From the NCBI GenBank assembly GCA_013239625.1, contig MU053504.1, positions 1,056,001 through 1,120,000 on the forward strand: a DNA stretch of 64,000 nucleotides. The letters run 5' to 3'. The stretch comes from Lama guanicoe. Taxonomy: Eukaryota. Below are positions 1 to 12,600 of this stretch, piece after piece (position 1 is the stretch's first letter; every line of letters begins with the position of its first letter). Made by a program: the position numbers and the translations under genes. The notes under the pieces were generated by a model, which saw only the letters and a list, made by a program, of their open reading frames with translations, made no database searches and had not been told where the DNA came from.

Positions 1-752
1 GAGACGGGAGCCCAAGCGCATAGGTCTCGGGAAGTCACTGAGTGGCACCTTTACCATCCGACTTGCGTGTGTACAAGAGCTCTCTGATTCTGTGGCCAAT
101 GGACTCGGAGAGAGGCGAGCGTGGACGCAGGAAGCCCGGTTAGGAAGGGTGAAGGGTGCAGCAGGTGAAGAGTGAACGCAAGGTGCATGTTGGAGAGGTC
201 TGAAGGGCTGGCAGGTGAAGGAAGGGGCGGCTCACGGGTGGCTCCAGTATCTGTGGCTTGAGTCACTGGACCGTGGCAGGTAGAACCACCTAAGAGATGG
301 TGAACACTGGGAGGGGGAGCTGAATACACAGATGTATCTTGCATACCTGGGTATAAACCCTCCCTCTGTCCTCTAGATAGGTGGGTGTTTGTGGTCAGCT
401 GTGGGTCTTTTGTGAGTTTTGAATCTCAGGTTTGGGGCAGAACATAGAACACCCTCCTGGGCATGGAGTGACCCCCACAGCCCAGGGCTGCCTTCACGGC
501 CTTCATTTGGTGGCTGAGTCCTGCTGAGTTTTGTTCCTCCCCTTGGTAATCAGCTTCTCATTAGTTGACTGATGCGTCTGGCTCTTCTGCATATTCACTC
601 TGCTATAATTACGTCCCAGGAACAAAGCATTTTGTTGTTTTTGTATTTACTTTTGCTTTTTAGAGCTGAAAACCTGTGCAGTGTCCTGTCACATGGGCAG
701 GCCGGTGGTTCTGCCAAACAGCAGCTCTCTGGTGCCCGCATCTCACTGGTTT

Positions 753-775
753 TGTGTGTGTGTGTGTGTGTGTGT
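753..775. repeat. (TG)n microsatellite
   Basis: About 11 perfect TG units read directly. Confidence 0.95.
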
Positions 776-1392
776 TTTTAATGGTTATATAACATCAGAA
801 CCATGATTGCTGGCTATAAAATTGACTTTCAGAAGCACTTCAGTTTGTAAATTGGAAAATACTTTCTATTTGGGGTTAAGGAAAGGAGTATGGTGGTTTG
901 TGGGGTGGGTGTTGGGGGGGGAAGATCTCTGGTCTCAGTTGCCTTCAGGTTTCTAAATGCAAACAACCAGGAGCAGAGTGGTGGCCTGAAACTCAGCCAG
1001 TGGGGTGGGGGCTTCCGAGTCAGTCCTCCAAGCTGTCCTGTCACACTTTGGTTTGATTCTGTGCAGGCCTTGGGGGGAAGGCTGGCCCCACCTGCCTTTC
1101 ACCAGATCTCTGCCGGAAGCCCAGGAGAGCCTGAGTTCGTTTTTGCACTTGTTCAGCAAATGCTTACTGAGAGCTTTTGCCGCTCACTGGTGGTCTCCTA
1201 TGCACTGTATCTGTTTCTGTTTGGGAACGAGGCTGGTGCAGCCTTTCTCCCGTCTCCGGAAGGCATGGTGGGTGGGATGGGGTGGGGAGGGGCCAGGATC
1301 ACCTTCTCTCAGCATGTGCTGGTTGCCAGATTCACTGTCCCCGTTTACTGTTTTGTCAGATCCTCACGTGTGTCTGTGCTCTTTTCATCAAG

Positions 1393-1490
1393 CTTCCGAG
1401 GACAGGTCACCTTAGGTCAGTGGCAGCACAGTCCTGTCTCGGTGCTCCCGGGAGCTCAAGAGGACTGAGTGCTGCCTTTTTGTTGAAGAT
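1393..1490 (+). other. Candidate internal/alternative exon of the upstream + strand gene
   Basis: Acceptor tgtgctcttttcatcaAG (1391-1392; alternative AG 1358-1359) and consensus donor GAT|GTAAGT at 1491, in non-repeat sequence. Frame unknown. Confidence 0.4.
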
Positions 1491-1989
1491 GTAAGTGATG
1501 GCAGCATGTCAGACGTGTGACTCAAGATGGCCCTTGAAGAAAGGAGGGCAGATGGGGGTCTTCTAGGCAGGGGACACTGTGAGCAAAGGCAGAACACTGG
1601 GAATTTGTAGAAAGAGCAGGTCTCTGCATTGATTCACATGGAGGCTCAAGGTGGAGGGGGAGACGGTGCCAAGTTGCCAAGAGCCTTGAACGTCAGCCTA
1701 AGGAGGGTGAGCTTTGTATGCAAAGGAGGTGGTGGTGGTGTACAGGTTGGAGTTTTGGCGGATGAGTCGGTCACAGTGATGGGGGAGCTGTTAGCCCCCA
1801 GGGGAGGGAGATGGGATGCTGTACCCAACAGTGCCCATCTTCAAAAGGTACGAGACCTCGCAGGTACCATCCTGAGCACATGAGGAGAGAAGGGCCACCA
1901 TTGGCCAGGGCGACTGGAGACCCTGTGCTTCCATGTTGGTGCCAGGACTTCAAGAGACTTGCCTTTGAACGTGATATGCTGATAAATGC

Positions 1990-2195
1990 AGGTTGAATCG
2001 CATCTCTACCTCTTAACCAGCTGGGTGCTATGGGCGAGTCACCTAACTTCTTAGGTCCATTTGCTTACCATTAAACAGTGCTCATTTAACACAGATGCTC
2101 ACGGTACGCTGTTATGAGGACTAAAAGCATGAGAAGTGTGGAGCGCCCAGGGCAATTCCTGGCACACCGTAAGAGTTCCGTCAGTGATGTAGCTC
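1990..2195 (+). mobile_element. MIR SINE remnant
   Basis: Degenerate MIR core (ggttgaatc...cagctgggtg...gtcacctaac...gttatgaggactaaa...cctggcacac). Confidence 0.7.
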
Positions 2196-5100
2196 CCCAT
2201 CCTGTTTTTGCCAAATCCTCATAGGCTAATCATTTTTACTTTGTTCTCACTAATAATTGCATTGCCCTTCTTTTCCCTAAGAGAATGCCGGCCCCCTGAG
2301 CAAGTGCCCCCAGTGAGTTCCCATCAGCATACTGGGCTTTGGACTGGTTGCTGTAATAACCAGATGTCCGTATGGTCTCCTTCAGCCAGACCCCTCTGGG
2401 CGTGGCCTGGTTTGAGTCATGCTGCTCATGACCACAAACTGTCTGGTCCCCGTGTGGAGGAGCGACCTCTCCCCGCAGTGCTAACAGCTCCTCAGACATC
2501 TTCCTGGCTCAGGGCCCAGGAGGAGCGCTCTCCTGGGAGCCCAGCCTCTCCCCTGAGCCCTTTCTCTGCTAATCGCAGCAGCTGCAGCTGAACCCCGGTC
2601 TCTCTAGGGGCAGCTTTCATCCCCACACTTAATAAGTTGAGGAGGGGAAATCGTTAGGGTGTCCCCGCGGTAGCTGCCAATTCCTGGGGCTGTTTTTCTG
2701 GAGACAGAAAGTTCCCCAGTAGTTTGTCTTGAGGGAGTGAGTTCCACCCAGTACCTGTTTACCAGCTGAGCTGGTTGAGGGAACTCACCAACCCCCAGGC
2801 TCTGACAGCCCAGTGACTTCCAGGGCCAAAAAGCCCGGGTTTAATTGGGTCTGTGTCCTCAGACCTCGGTGACATGACTCAGAGCACAGGCCCGCACGTG
2901 GCCAGTCCCCACAGACCTCCAAATCGCAGAGCCCTATGTCTGGCCTGGTGACTTCTTTCTGTGTGTCTGGCAAAGTTTTAAATACTAACATTGTGAATGG
3001 CGCTTCAAGGAATCAGAGGGTTTCAAACAACAGTAAGCAAGTCAGCAATGGTGACACCGCGACAGTAACAGGACCGAGTCTCTGTGTCCAGGACCTTCCA
3101 CAGGAACTGCTTGCTGCAGCTGGCATAGAGCCAGTCACCGCCCCAACTGAGCTCCGGTCAGTCTTGAGCTGAAACTGACATGTGTCTCCGTCACCGCGCC
3201 TCCTTGGCTCTAAGCTCTCTCACCCCCTTTCTCTCCACGCATTGGGCCAGCTGGTTGTTGCCCCGACTGTGTGTCCTCTCTGGTGAGTGGGCCGTGGGTC
3301 GGCCTCAGCTGACACGGCCTAGCGCTTGTCTCCTCCGGGCGATATTCACCCGCTTCAAGGGCATCTCAGGTTCTGCTTAAAGCCTGTGGGGAGACGGGTC
3401 TCATCAGCCCGCTGTGGGAAGGGCTCTGCCGGCCCCAGGGCACTGCACCCCCCCACCCCACCCCCGCACCGACCCCAGCTCCTCCTCTGCCTTGGGAAGC
3501 CCTCGGGGCACTCCTGTGCTGCTGTCCCGTTAGAGTTTAACCTCCATCCAGAAGGAGCCTACAAAGGTCATCTTGGTTCTCAGTGCCCTTGAGTCCTGGG
3601 CCCTCACTGGAGAACAGAGTCCCCGCAGAGGCCAGGGCCCCTGGGGATGCCTCCTGGGAGGAGGCCTGTGTCATTGGAGCTGACAGCAAGGGGCAGGTGG
3701 GGGGCCGGGCAGGTGGGGCGCGCAACCAGACCCACTGTCCCCGAGGCCCAAAGCAGAAAGGAGGCTGTCACCTCCAGAGAAGACTGACACGAGGCCAGCT
3801 TATCTTGTCTGGAGTTTTTGCCTGAGCCCATGACTGCTGTGAGGATTTGGTGTTTGGGGATGTGATCGAAGGCTGCATGACAGCTGAGTGCCTCCTGTGT
3901 GTCTCACTGTGCCCATTGCAGATCCCGTCTCAGGCTTCTCACCCTGCAGGATAGACGATTCCACAGTTTAGGTGGAGAAAACGGAGACTTGATAACAATC
4001 AGAGCCAGTCATTGGCTGAGCTGGGGTATAAAGTTTAGTTCTTCCTCCTCTAAAGCCAAACTCCTCGACAGACAACCGACTGTCTGCCGTTCTGCAACCC
4101 ATGCTCCGCTGTGTTTGGGACCTGCTCCTAGGCCACTGCCTTGTTTCGCAGTGATAATACCACCAGGCGGCCCTTACGGGAGAGTTTAGGTCAGGGTGAG
4201 TTTTTGGCTACCCACTGAGTAACACTACGTTTTGATTATGCCAGTCTGATTCCTTTCTTTCCTGTTAAAGAGGCATAGAGGAATAGAGAAAACTAAACTT
4301 TAGATTTGAATCCCAGTTCACCATTTACTAGCCATTTAACCTTTTGCAACTTGCTAAGTAACCTTCAAGACTAGAACTGCTCTGTGGAGAGAGCCTCTTG
4401 CCTGGATCAGTGTGTCTGTGTAGTAGAGAGAGTAGGAGTATGGACTCGCTCCCCTGCCTACTGTCTGTTGCTTCCCTTAGCAGCACTGAGCATGGACTCA
4501 GGGGCCACCCTGAAGTCTGCAGGCTGGTGCGTGAGCCCTGCTGACAGGTGCCAGTGGTGCCCTGGGCACCGGCCGACCCTTTCAACGAGTAGCTGTGACA
4601 CTTTTGTGTGAAGCCACAGAAAATCGGTCCTCGCAAGCAGCCGGGGGGTATTTTGATTTCTAGGTCCCTGGACTTCAAAAATCCCCCTTTAGGCCTGAGC
4701 AGGTCGCCATCTGGCTGTCCTTGGGGCTTTATGGCAGAGGTGTGGCAGGGGGTCAGATCTTTCACAGTGGGGACCTGAGTGCTTCCTCCCCCTCCACCAC
4801 CTCCTCCGCTGCCCTCATACTTAAACCCCCATATTGACAACACAGGAGAGAAAGTTCCCGAATTAAGCTTCGACTCGAGATAAGTTATAGAGAGTTCAGT
4901 CTGTGACCTGCGAAGAACCAAACTGACCGTCAGCATAACTAACAAGCCAGACCTCAGTGTGAGCCCTGTTCCGCCCTGGGTGCTGGTAATCCTCTCACCC
5001 ACCCAGAAAGGGAAACGGCATCCCCACTTGCTAGTAAGGAAAGAGGGGCTCAGAGAGTGGAAACAGCTGGGGGGTGGCAGAGCTCGGATGTGAGCCAGGA

Positions 5101-5799
5101 CCATCCGCCGTAGCCTGTGTGCTCCCCTGGAAGAGCCTGGAGTGAAGCTGCTGACCTAAAACGTAGTTGTGGCTCCCAGAGTTTTAATCCTGTGCTTGCT
5201 GGGCTTAACATTTCCAAGAACAGTACAATTTAAAAGCCGGGGGAGGAGGTGGGGAGAAGGGGTGGATAGGAGATGCAAGACCGGGTTTTTAAACCACTCC
5301 CATTTACTTTCATCATCATTTCATTAAAGAAATGACATTCGGGCACCAGCAAAGTAGGACGGCCATACTTGTGGGATAAGGGGTAATTTTTTGTTCATGC
5401 AGCCTTCCCAGTCTGTGCATCGAGGACTCGGGGAGGGAGATGGCCTTACGAGCCCGTTTGGTCCCCAGCCCTGTCATGGCTTCTCCCACCTCGGCTTTCC
5501 CCAGCTTCTGTTCTCCAAACTGCACGTGGCCTTCATGGGAGCAGTTTGGTTCCCCAGTCTCCTTGAACAGACCAGACAACTGCTTGGCGGGCAGACGAAC
5601 TTGCCAGAAAGCTGCCCACCGCCTGGTTGGCACCACATACCTCTTTGTGCTCTGGACCCCAGACATGTGCAGGGGCACCTCAGCCAAGCCTGCCTTTTCT
5701 GAGTGAATCTGTTTATGGATGAAGGGATTAAATAGGCTTTAAACTCCACTTAAGCTCTTCTTGTCTCCGTAGGAAGGGATTTTACAGTACAAAGTTACA

Positions 5800-5990
5800 T
5801 GTTGAAAGTGGGAGCTTTGGAGCAAGACAGACCTAGGTCTCTAGGTCGCAGCCCCTATCTCTCCCAATTACTAGCCACGCAGATCTTCTCTGAACTTCCA
5901 TTCCCTCGTCTCTAAAACTGGGGCAACAGCATCTCCTACCTGATAGGGTGACAGAGTGAAATGAGGCAGTAGATGTAAGACACTTGGTCT
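5800..5990 (+). mobile_element. MIR SINE remnant
   Basis: ggagctttggagcaagacagacctagg...ttccctcgtctctaaaactgggg...cctacctgatagggt resembles the MIR consensus. Confidence 0.7.
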
Positions 5991-7619
5991 GCTCTGTGAT
6001 ACAGTGAGTGGAAAGCAGTGTAGAAGGGTTGGCATCCTCACCAGGTTGTTACATCTAAAACCATCCTCACATACTTCATAGAACGTGCCCGGCACATATT
6101 AAATGCTGAGTAAGTGATTGCTGTTATGATAATTATAGAGAAATTAGGAGATCGGATGTGCTGCCGGAACTTAGTCCAAGAGCTGAGATAAGAAAGGGAA
6201 GCACTTGCTAGCATTTTCCCAGATCACTGACACCTTTCCTCCCAGAAGACCAGCTCAAACGCAGGAGCCGTCTCTGGGAGCACTGAGTGAAGGCTCATCC
6301 TGGGAAGACTGGGCAGTGAGGCTGGAGGAGTTTGGACTGAGTACCGGTTCCAGCCCTCAGCAGCGCTCCTGTGGGGCAGGTGGTCCCATCTCCAGGCCTG
6401 TTCCCTTGTTAAATCCTCTCTAGATGAGACCAGGCAGTGGCGGGGGTGGGGGGTGTACTCAGATGTCACCCAGCATGTTAAGCCTGCAGGCTAATCACAT
6501 CACTGCCTCTCATCGTGCTCAGCAGGGGTGGCTTTGCCTTCAAGGAGGGCTCTGTGGTGGGTGGGAGAGAATCCAAAGCCAAGGTTCTCTCTGTGGAAGA
6601 AAGACCCTGATTTCCTTTGTCCCTGCCCGCAAGGGAGAAGCAGACAGACCCGTGGGCTGTCCTGAGATGTCCTACCAGAAGGGCTGGAGCCAGTGCTGAA
6701 GCTGGAGGGAGGGTGGAGGAGCCTGTGGGAAACGTCGGCCTGGCATCCTGGTGGGAGACCCAACCCGGTGGTTACCACGGTCATCATGCTGGCGTCACAG
6801 AGTGCTGTGCGCTTGCTTTGCCCTTCTGCGGGCACACTCTGTTCCTCTAGTTTATTATGGAAAGGAGACTACTGGCCACTGAATCTCTCTGCCTCCTGAC
6901 AGCACTGCTTTTCAGCCGCCATGGGCCACCTTCCTGCTGTGATGGGCATCCGTCTGAGGTTGTCCTCAGTTCTCCTCCCAGGAGAACAGTGTTGAAAAGG
7001 TTCTAACTGGTTCCAAAGATTATCTTAGCAAATCACACATCACCATAGTTTCCCAGCCTTCCCTTATATTTCACAAAGGACCTAGTGTCTTAGATGGTGA
7101 GGTTCACCTGTCCTCTCTGTCCCCCCATCTTCTGGTGGTTCATCTCCTGAAAGCAGCGGGGAGAAGGCGCTAGGCATGCCGGATAGAGCCGGAGTGTGAC
7201 ATGGTGGCTGCATCATCACGGGCTGTGCTTGCGATGACTGTTTTTCCAAGTCAGAACTGGCGTACAAGACCCACCGATGGGTGCTTGTCAAGCGGAATTA
7301 ACAGACAGGGAAGCAGAAGCAGCGGAGCACAAGGGCCGGAGAGATCCGGTGTCTCCTTTCCAGATCAAGTACTTTTCCAGCGCCTTTATCATCCATCCCA
7401 CTGGACTCCACACTAGACCCTGGGTCACCCCTCACCTGTGCAGCAGAGGAAGAATCACACAGTCCAACCTCTCGTCTTACAGGTGGGGAAAGTCCTCCAC
7501 TGTCCACGTGTGTGGAAGAGCAGAGGAGAGCCCGCGTCTGGCCTCTGGGGCCCCTGCCTACTCCAGGGACCTTTCTGTTGGGGCTGCCAGCTTTCCTTGT
7601 TCACTAAAGGACACTATTT

Positions 7620-8160
7620 TTCCCATTAAAAAATAAAGCGCCACAGCGTGCTGTGTACACAGTATTAAAAACACAGAGGAAAAGTGGGGGAAGAAGAAAA
7701 TAACGCCCACAGCAAGTGCAGCATTTTGATGTGTTTCTTGCCAGATTTCCTATACTTGGAGGTTTTGTTTTTCACATCTTAGGGTCATCCTCTGTGTCAC
7801 AGAACTTTGTAGCCCACTTTTTCCATTTAACCCATGCAAGTGCTGCTGCCATAATGTTCAAAATGCCACAGCCCTCTCGTTTCCTCTGTACCGTATCACC
7901 AAGTAGATGGGTCATTTGTTTCAGTCTCTTACTTTTGGATTTGTGGGTTATTGCCTCATAATTTAAATACCACTTCAGTGAGGATCTTTACTCTCAAAGT
8001 CCTTCTCATATTTAGGGTAATCAGTTAAACTAGAGTTCCAGAAGTGGAATTACAGGGTCTAAAGACATCCCAAGCTTTGAAAATGTGCCCACATTGCTCT
8101 CCGGAAAGCCTTGTCCCACTCCTCCAGTGCAGTGCGTGTCTTTGCCGCGGCATCCTCACC
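7620..8160 (-). mobile_element. Old L1M(E)-type LINE 3' fragment
   Basis: Antisense L1 motifs (tagatgggtcatttg, ttccagaagtggaattacagggtc, cacattgctctccggaaag). Confidence 0.6.
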
Positions 8161-8777
8161 GGCTGGAAGCAGTTTGGACGATTAAGCGGCTCGGACCACA
8201 GCCTGTTCAAGGCTGACACATGCCTAGTTTCTGGTTGGGGGCAAATGGCTGGGAGAAGATGGGCTCATCGAGGAGTCGGTCCCTGCCGTGAACAAGTACT
8301 TTACAGTCCATTCAAACCTCAGAAAAGAGCCCTCTGTTTCTCAGGGGAGGAAACGAAGGCTGACAGGTAGAAAATAAATGATCCAGTATCACCGTACCCT
8401 GCTGCCTCTCGTGAGGCATCTCCCCAGGACCTGAGGATGACAGGCCAGTGTTATCAGGCTGCACAGGAGGCAGATTGTGATGGGGAGGGCACCTGTCAGG
8501 CTGCAGAGGGCTTTCAGAACATTGAAGCCAGTGGGGGGTGGGAGGTTCAAGCATGCTGGGAAAGACTCCTCTGATTCAGTGATTTGAGCAAGAGAGGGCA
8601 CTTTGAAACTCTTAGATGAGACCACCTGCCGCAGAGACAGAACATCTCTACCCTGGGTGGCCCGCCCTGCTTGGGGTAGGGCTATACTTAGCTCTGATCA
8701 GGCTCAGACTGGGAAAGTCGGCTGGGCAGGGTTGGGGCTGGCCCAGGGCTAATCTCTGTGGTCTCTTTGTTTTCCAG

Positions 8778-8804
8778 GTGTCCACTAGAACAGGCCCCCA
8801 GAAG
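8778..8804 (+). other. Candidate 27-nt penultimate micro-exon
   Basis: Branch-like ctaat ~25 nt upstream, strong pyrimidine tract tctctttgttttccAG, donor AAG|GTAGGC. Reads VSTRTGPQK (phase 0) or xVH-stop (phase 1). Confidence 0.6.
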
Positions 8805-9646
8805 GTAGGCTGGTCTCGTTCCTGGATCCTGGCACCAAAGCCATTCCCAAATAATAGTGAATGATAATACAGCCAGGGACTGTTGTCAGTTTTACATGTG
8901 TCAGTTCATCTGATCCTCATAGTAACCTGTGATGTGGTCCAGGTGACGAGACCAAGGAACCAGAGGACTGAAATTTGCAGAGTCAAGTGGCAGAGCCACT
9001 CTGTGCCAGAGCCTCGTTCCTAACCACGGCAGCACGGGACGCAGCACTGCCCCTGGCTGTGCACCTTGCTCCTCTTGTGCCCTTGGCAGGTGGCCTAGTG
9101 CAGTTCTCACATGCCTGGGCCTCATTTTTCTTGTCTCTAAAATGGGATGAGTAAACTTGAGAGAGTTGCTCTGGAGTTTCGGTCCAGCACGATTAGTCAG
9201 AGAGGGTGGAGAGGGGAGGGTGGGGAACTTGCGCTGCCAAGTCTGCTGGACTGACCAGCTAGAGTCCTGTGGCACCTTTCTGCTAACAGTGTGTGGAAGC
9301 CAGGAGAGGGGAACAGGGTTTGAGGTCAGATTTGTAGCTGGGGCCCCCATGCCTGGACTTCCCACCAGAGTGCCCCTCAGTCGATGGGACCTCGGGCATG
9401 TCGCTTGACCTGCACCGCAGTTTATCTGAAAAAGGAGTATGACATGTCTATTGCAGGGCGGTCATAGTGAGGCCAGATTCACTCCATGTAAAGTACTTAG
9501 AAACCTCCTCCCGCTCCCCCAGCACCGCCCAGCTCCTCCTGAGTTCATCTCAGTTGATCTGAGTTCACCTAGTGGGGATCTGGAGCTTGGAGGTGCCCCA
9601 CACCTGCTGACCCGCGTCCACTCTTTCCCTGCGTTCTGTCTTTCAG

Positions 9647-12600
9647 GTTGATCCTCGGGACCCACAGTCTCATCAGATCTCGCACAGAGGACGGCAGAGG
9701 GTACAGGTTGTGGCTTGGCCGGTTGGCGATCTCCCAACAGCTGGGTCTCCAGCAATGTGAAGCTTTTGTTTGGGTTTTCCCCCGCCTTTTAGTTGCTTAA
9801 TTTTTTTGTTGTTGTTCTTTTTTTTTTTTTGTCTTTTCCTTTTTTTTTTTTTTTTTTAACATTTTAAATTTCAGATTTTTTTTTTAATTTAAACAATTAA
9901 GACTTCAGAAGAGCTACGCTGTGGACAGGCACCAGTTTCTTTAAAGAAACCCAATATGGACAACGCATATGTATAAATGTCATTTTTAATTTTTACAAGG
10001 GATTAGGGAGCTGTTTTATTTTTGTCCTTTATTTTCCCTATCTTCTTTCTTTTACCCATCTCCTAGTTCTGCTTATAACACCTCACTTCCCCAGGGAAGG
10101 TCTGCCTCTCCGTGTAGAATTTGGGGATCTCTCCTGGAATAGGGGGCAAGAAGCCAGAAAGAGGCCTGTGTGCCGCCTCCCACCAGATGCAGGAGCTGCC
10201 GGACTCCCTGATGGGCGGTTCCTGGCTGGCCCTTGGGCCTTGTAGATGATCGGAAGCCAAGAACTACCTGGAAGGGGAAGACCAGGGCTCAGCCAGGAGA
10301 ACTGGAGAAAGAAGATCAAAACTGCGGGTTTGTCCTCCATAAGCTGTTGGCAGCCCCAGGACACACCAGGACTTGCAGCGGTGGGACTCTGTTCCCTCTG
10401 CCGCCCTTTATACCTGGGAGTTCTGAGAGGGGAGGGCCAGAAGGTGACCATCTCGTACTTCCTGGCAGGTGGGTGGCCAGCCCACCCCAGCTCTACAAGC
10501 CTACCTTTCTGTTAGTGACCTTCCTCCTAGAGGACGAGTCCCAGGAAAAAACTGTCGTGCCAAACCTCTGCCCGGGACACAGCTGGGTCTTTGGTGGGTA
10601 TCTGTCACTCCTGTGAGGTCAGCACCCATCACCTACTGCCTCCTGGATCATCGTCTTCCCAGGTGTGCCCACCAGACATCCAGGTTGTCAGAGACCTCCC
10701 CCGAGTCCCTGTGATCCGGTTGTGACCATTGCCATAAGAACAGGGTGTCCTGAATGGCTACCACTGTCATCTGCTCCCAGTGACAGGTGTGCCCTGTGTG
10801 CCGGGCCCCATGCAGTGATGGTGTCAGGCATCGTCTTCCTCACCCCAGGGACTCACTGTTAGGCACCCCCCTCAGTGTAAAGGCGTCTCATGGGGAAAGG
10901 GTGGACCTGCCCAGAGCAGGGAGCCTACCGTGCCCCTGATCCCACCACCGTCTGTCTGTACAGCCTTTCTCCCGCCCTCCAGCACTGCTCCTGCAGCCCC
11001 CTCCTCCTGGGCCTCTCAAGTGGGGTGTCCTCGCCCCTCGCTCTCCCTTGTCACCCTTCCCTGGAAGCCCCTCGGCTACTCCAGAACCTCACCCGCCTCA
11101 TTGTGGCCACGCAGGAAAGGGGAAAGGCATTCTTACTTTGTGTTTTGTTTCCTGTTTTCTCTAAACCAGCATAGGATGGATAGGGGAGGTGCTCGAGGGC
11201 GTCTCAGTTGGTGTGTGACCAAGGGGGCTTCCCCTCAAAGCCACAGCCCTTCGCCTGGGGAGTTTGGGAGAGACCAGCACAGCGTCAGCCCGAACTCATG
11301 GACTCAGCTGCTCACGTTCTTCCCGCCTGTTCACGCCCTCACATCCCAAGGCCGCTTCCTCCTCCTGGGCAGACGGCTGGCTGTGGTTGGCAGCATCCGG
11401 CAAGGCTGCAGGTGGTCGGCAGGCCCTTCCCTTCCCTCGGCCGAAGTCCTTTGTCATCGCCTGTCTCTTCTCTCTCCTCTCTGACTTCTCAGCCACCCCT
11501 TGAGAGTCCCCTGAGCTGCAGCTGGGAGGCCGCACCCCAGATCGCAGCAGGCGCTCCTTCCCTGCCCATCTCCCTGCCCTCCCTGGGGCAGCCGTCCCTC
11601 TGCACGTGGGAGAACGGTCCCCAGACTTGGCACCCGCAACTCTCTCTGGCCGCAGCCCTCGCTCTGAGGACCTAATGAGGGTTCAGGCCTAACAGGTTTT
11701 TTGCCTTTTGCTCGTCTTTCCCTTCTGCCCTCCCCCGGTCTCTTCACCCTGCCTAAGGCCTTGGAGCTGTAGGTCACAGGTGTCCATACCTTTTGGGTGA
11801 GGTGGGCAGCCTGGGTCGAGGTCACGGCCTCCATGTACCCTCATCTTGTAGGACTTCCAGCCCATCCCTGCTTCGTGGAAGACCCCTGTCCCTCGTTACC
11901 CCAAGTGCCTGACTCCTGCCACCCCTGCTTTCCACTTCGTCTGCCTTGGGCGCCCTGTGGCCGGCCAGATGTCAGCTCTGTCAGCCCGCCTCTGCCCAGC
12001 TCGGGCGAGCCTTGGTTAGACCCCGGAAGCCTCTCCCTCAGCCCGTCTTCATCTCTTCCCGCCTTTTATCGTCTCCACCTGGGTCTTGGGCCTGGCAGCC
12101 GCTCTGGGGCACAGCATCTCAGTGCCACCAAGTCTGTTAGTGCCGTCCAAGTTCTAGGAGTGTCCAGCCCTCATTAGCAGTCAGTTATTCTCTTCTTGGA
12201 TCTGTGAAAAACATAGCCAGTTGGAGGGAGGATCTGGGCCACAGCCATACGGACCTGAGCTCTGTCTCCCCTCAGTGAGAGGAATCAGGAATCAGCCGGA
12301 CAGATCATAGTGCCTTATTCCACCCCCACACCCCAGCCCGGACCGGACTGCCCAGCCCAGCTGGAAGTCCACGGCTTCCTTCTCCCTGTCTCTGTCCATC
12401 TGTCTTTTAAACTCTCACTCCCACTCACAGATAGCCACCTGGGAAGGATTCCCCCCCGTCCCTCATCCCTTCCTGAGAGCTGTAGCCAGGCACACGGCTC
12501 CCCACCCAGCCCAGGGCTCTCAGCAGCAGCTTTCGCTGAGGACAGAACTGTGCTTCAGACAGGGGTGCTCTCGGCCTCCTTCCAGCCCGCAGGTCCCCCG

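Noticed and set aside
630..750. Strong acceptor (ttttgctttttAG at 662-663) as an exon start
   Set aside because: No convincing donor before the TG microsatellite.
4328..5104. 258-aa minus-strand ORF
   Set aside because: Both ends overlap MIR remnants, composition is unremarkable, no recognisable domain; consistent with a chance ORF in GC-rich intron.
5755..5800. Acceptor tcttcttgtctccgtAG and a possible micro-exon
   Set aside because: Only a weak donor follows, and the sequence runs directly into a MIR.
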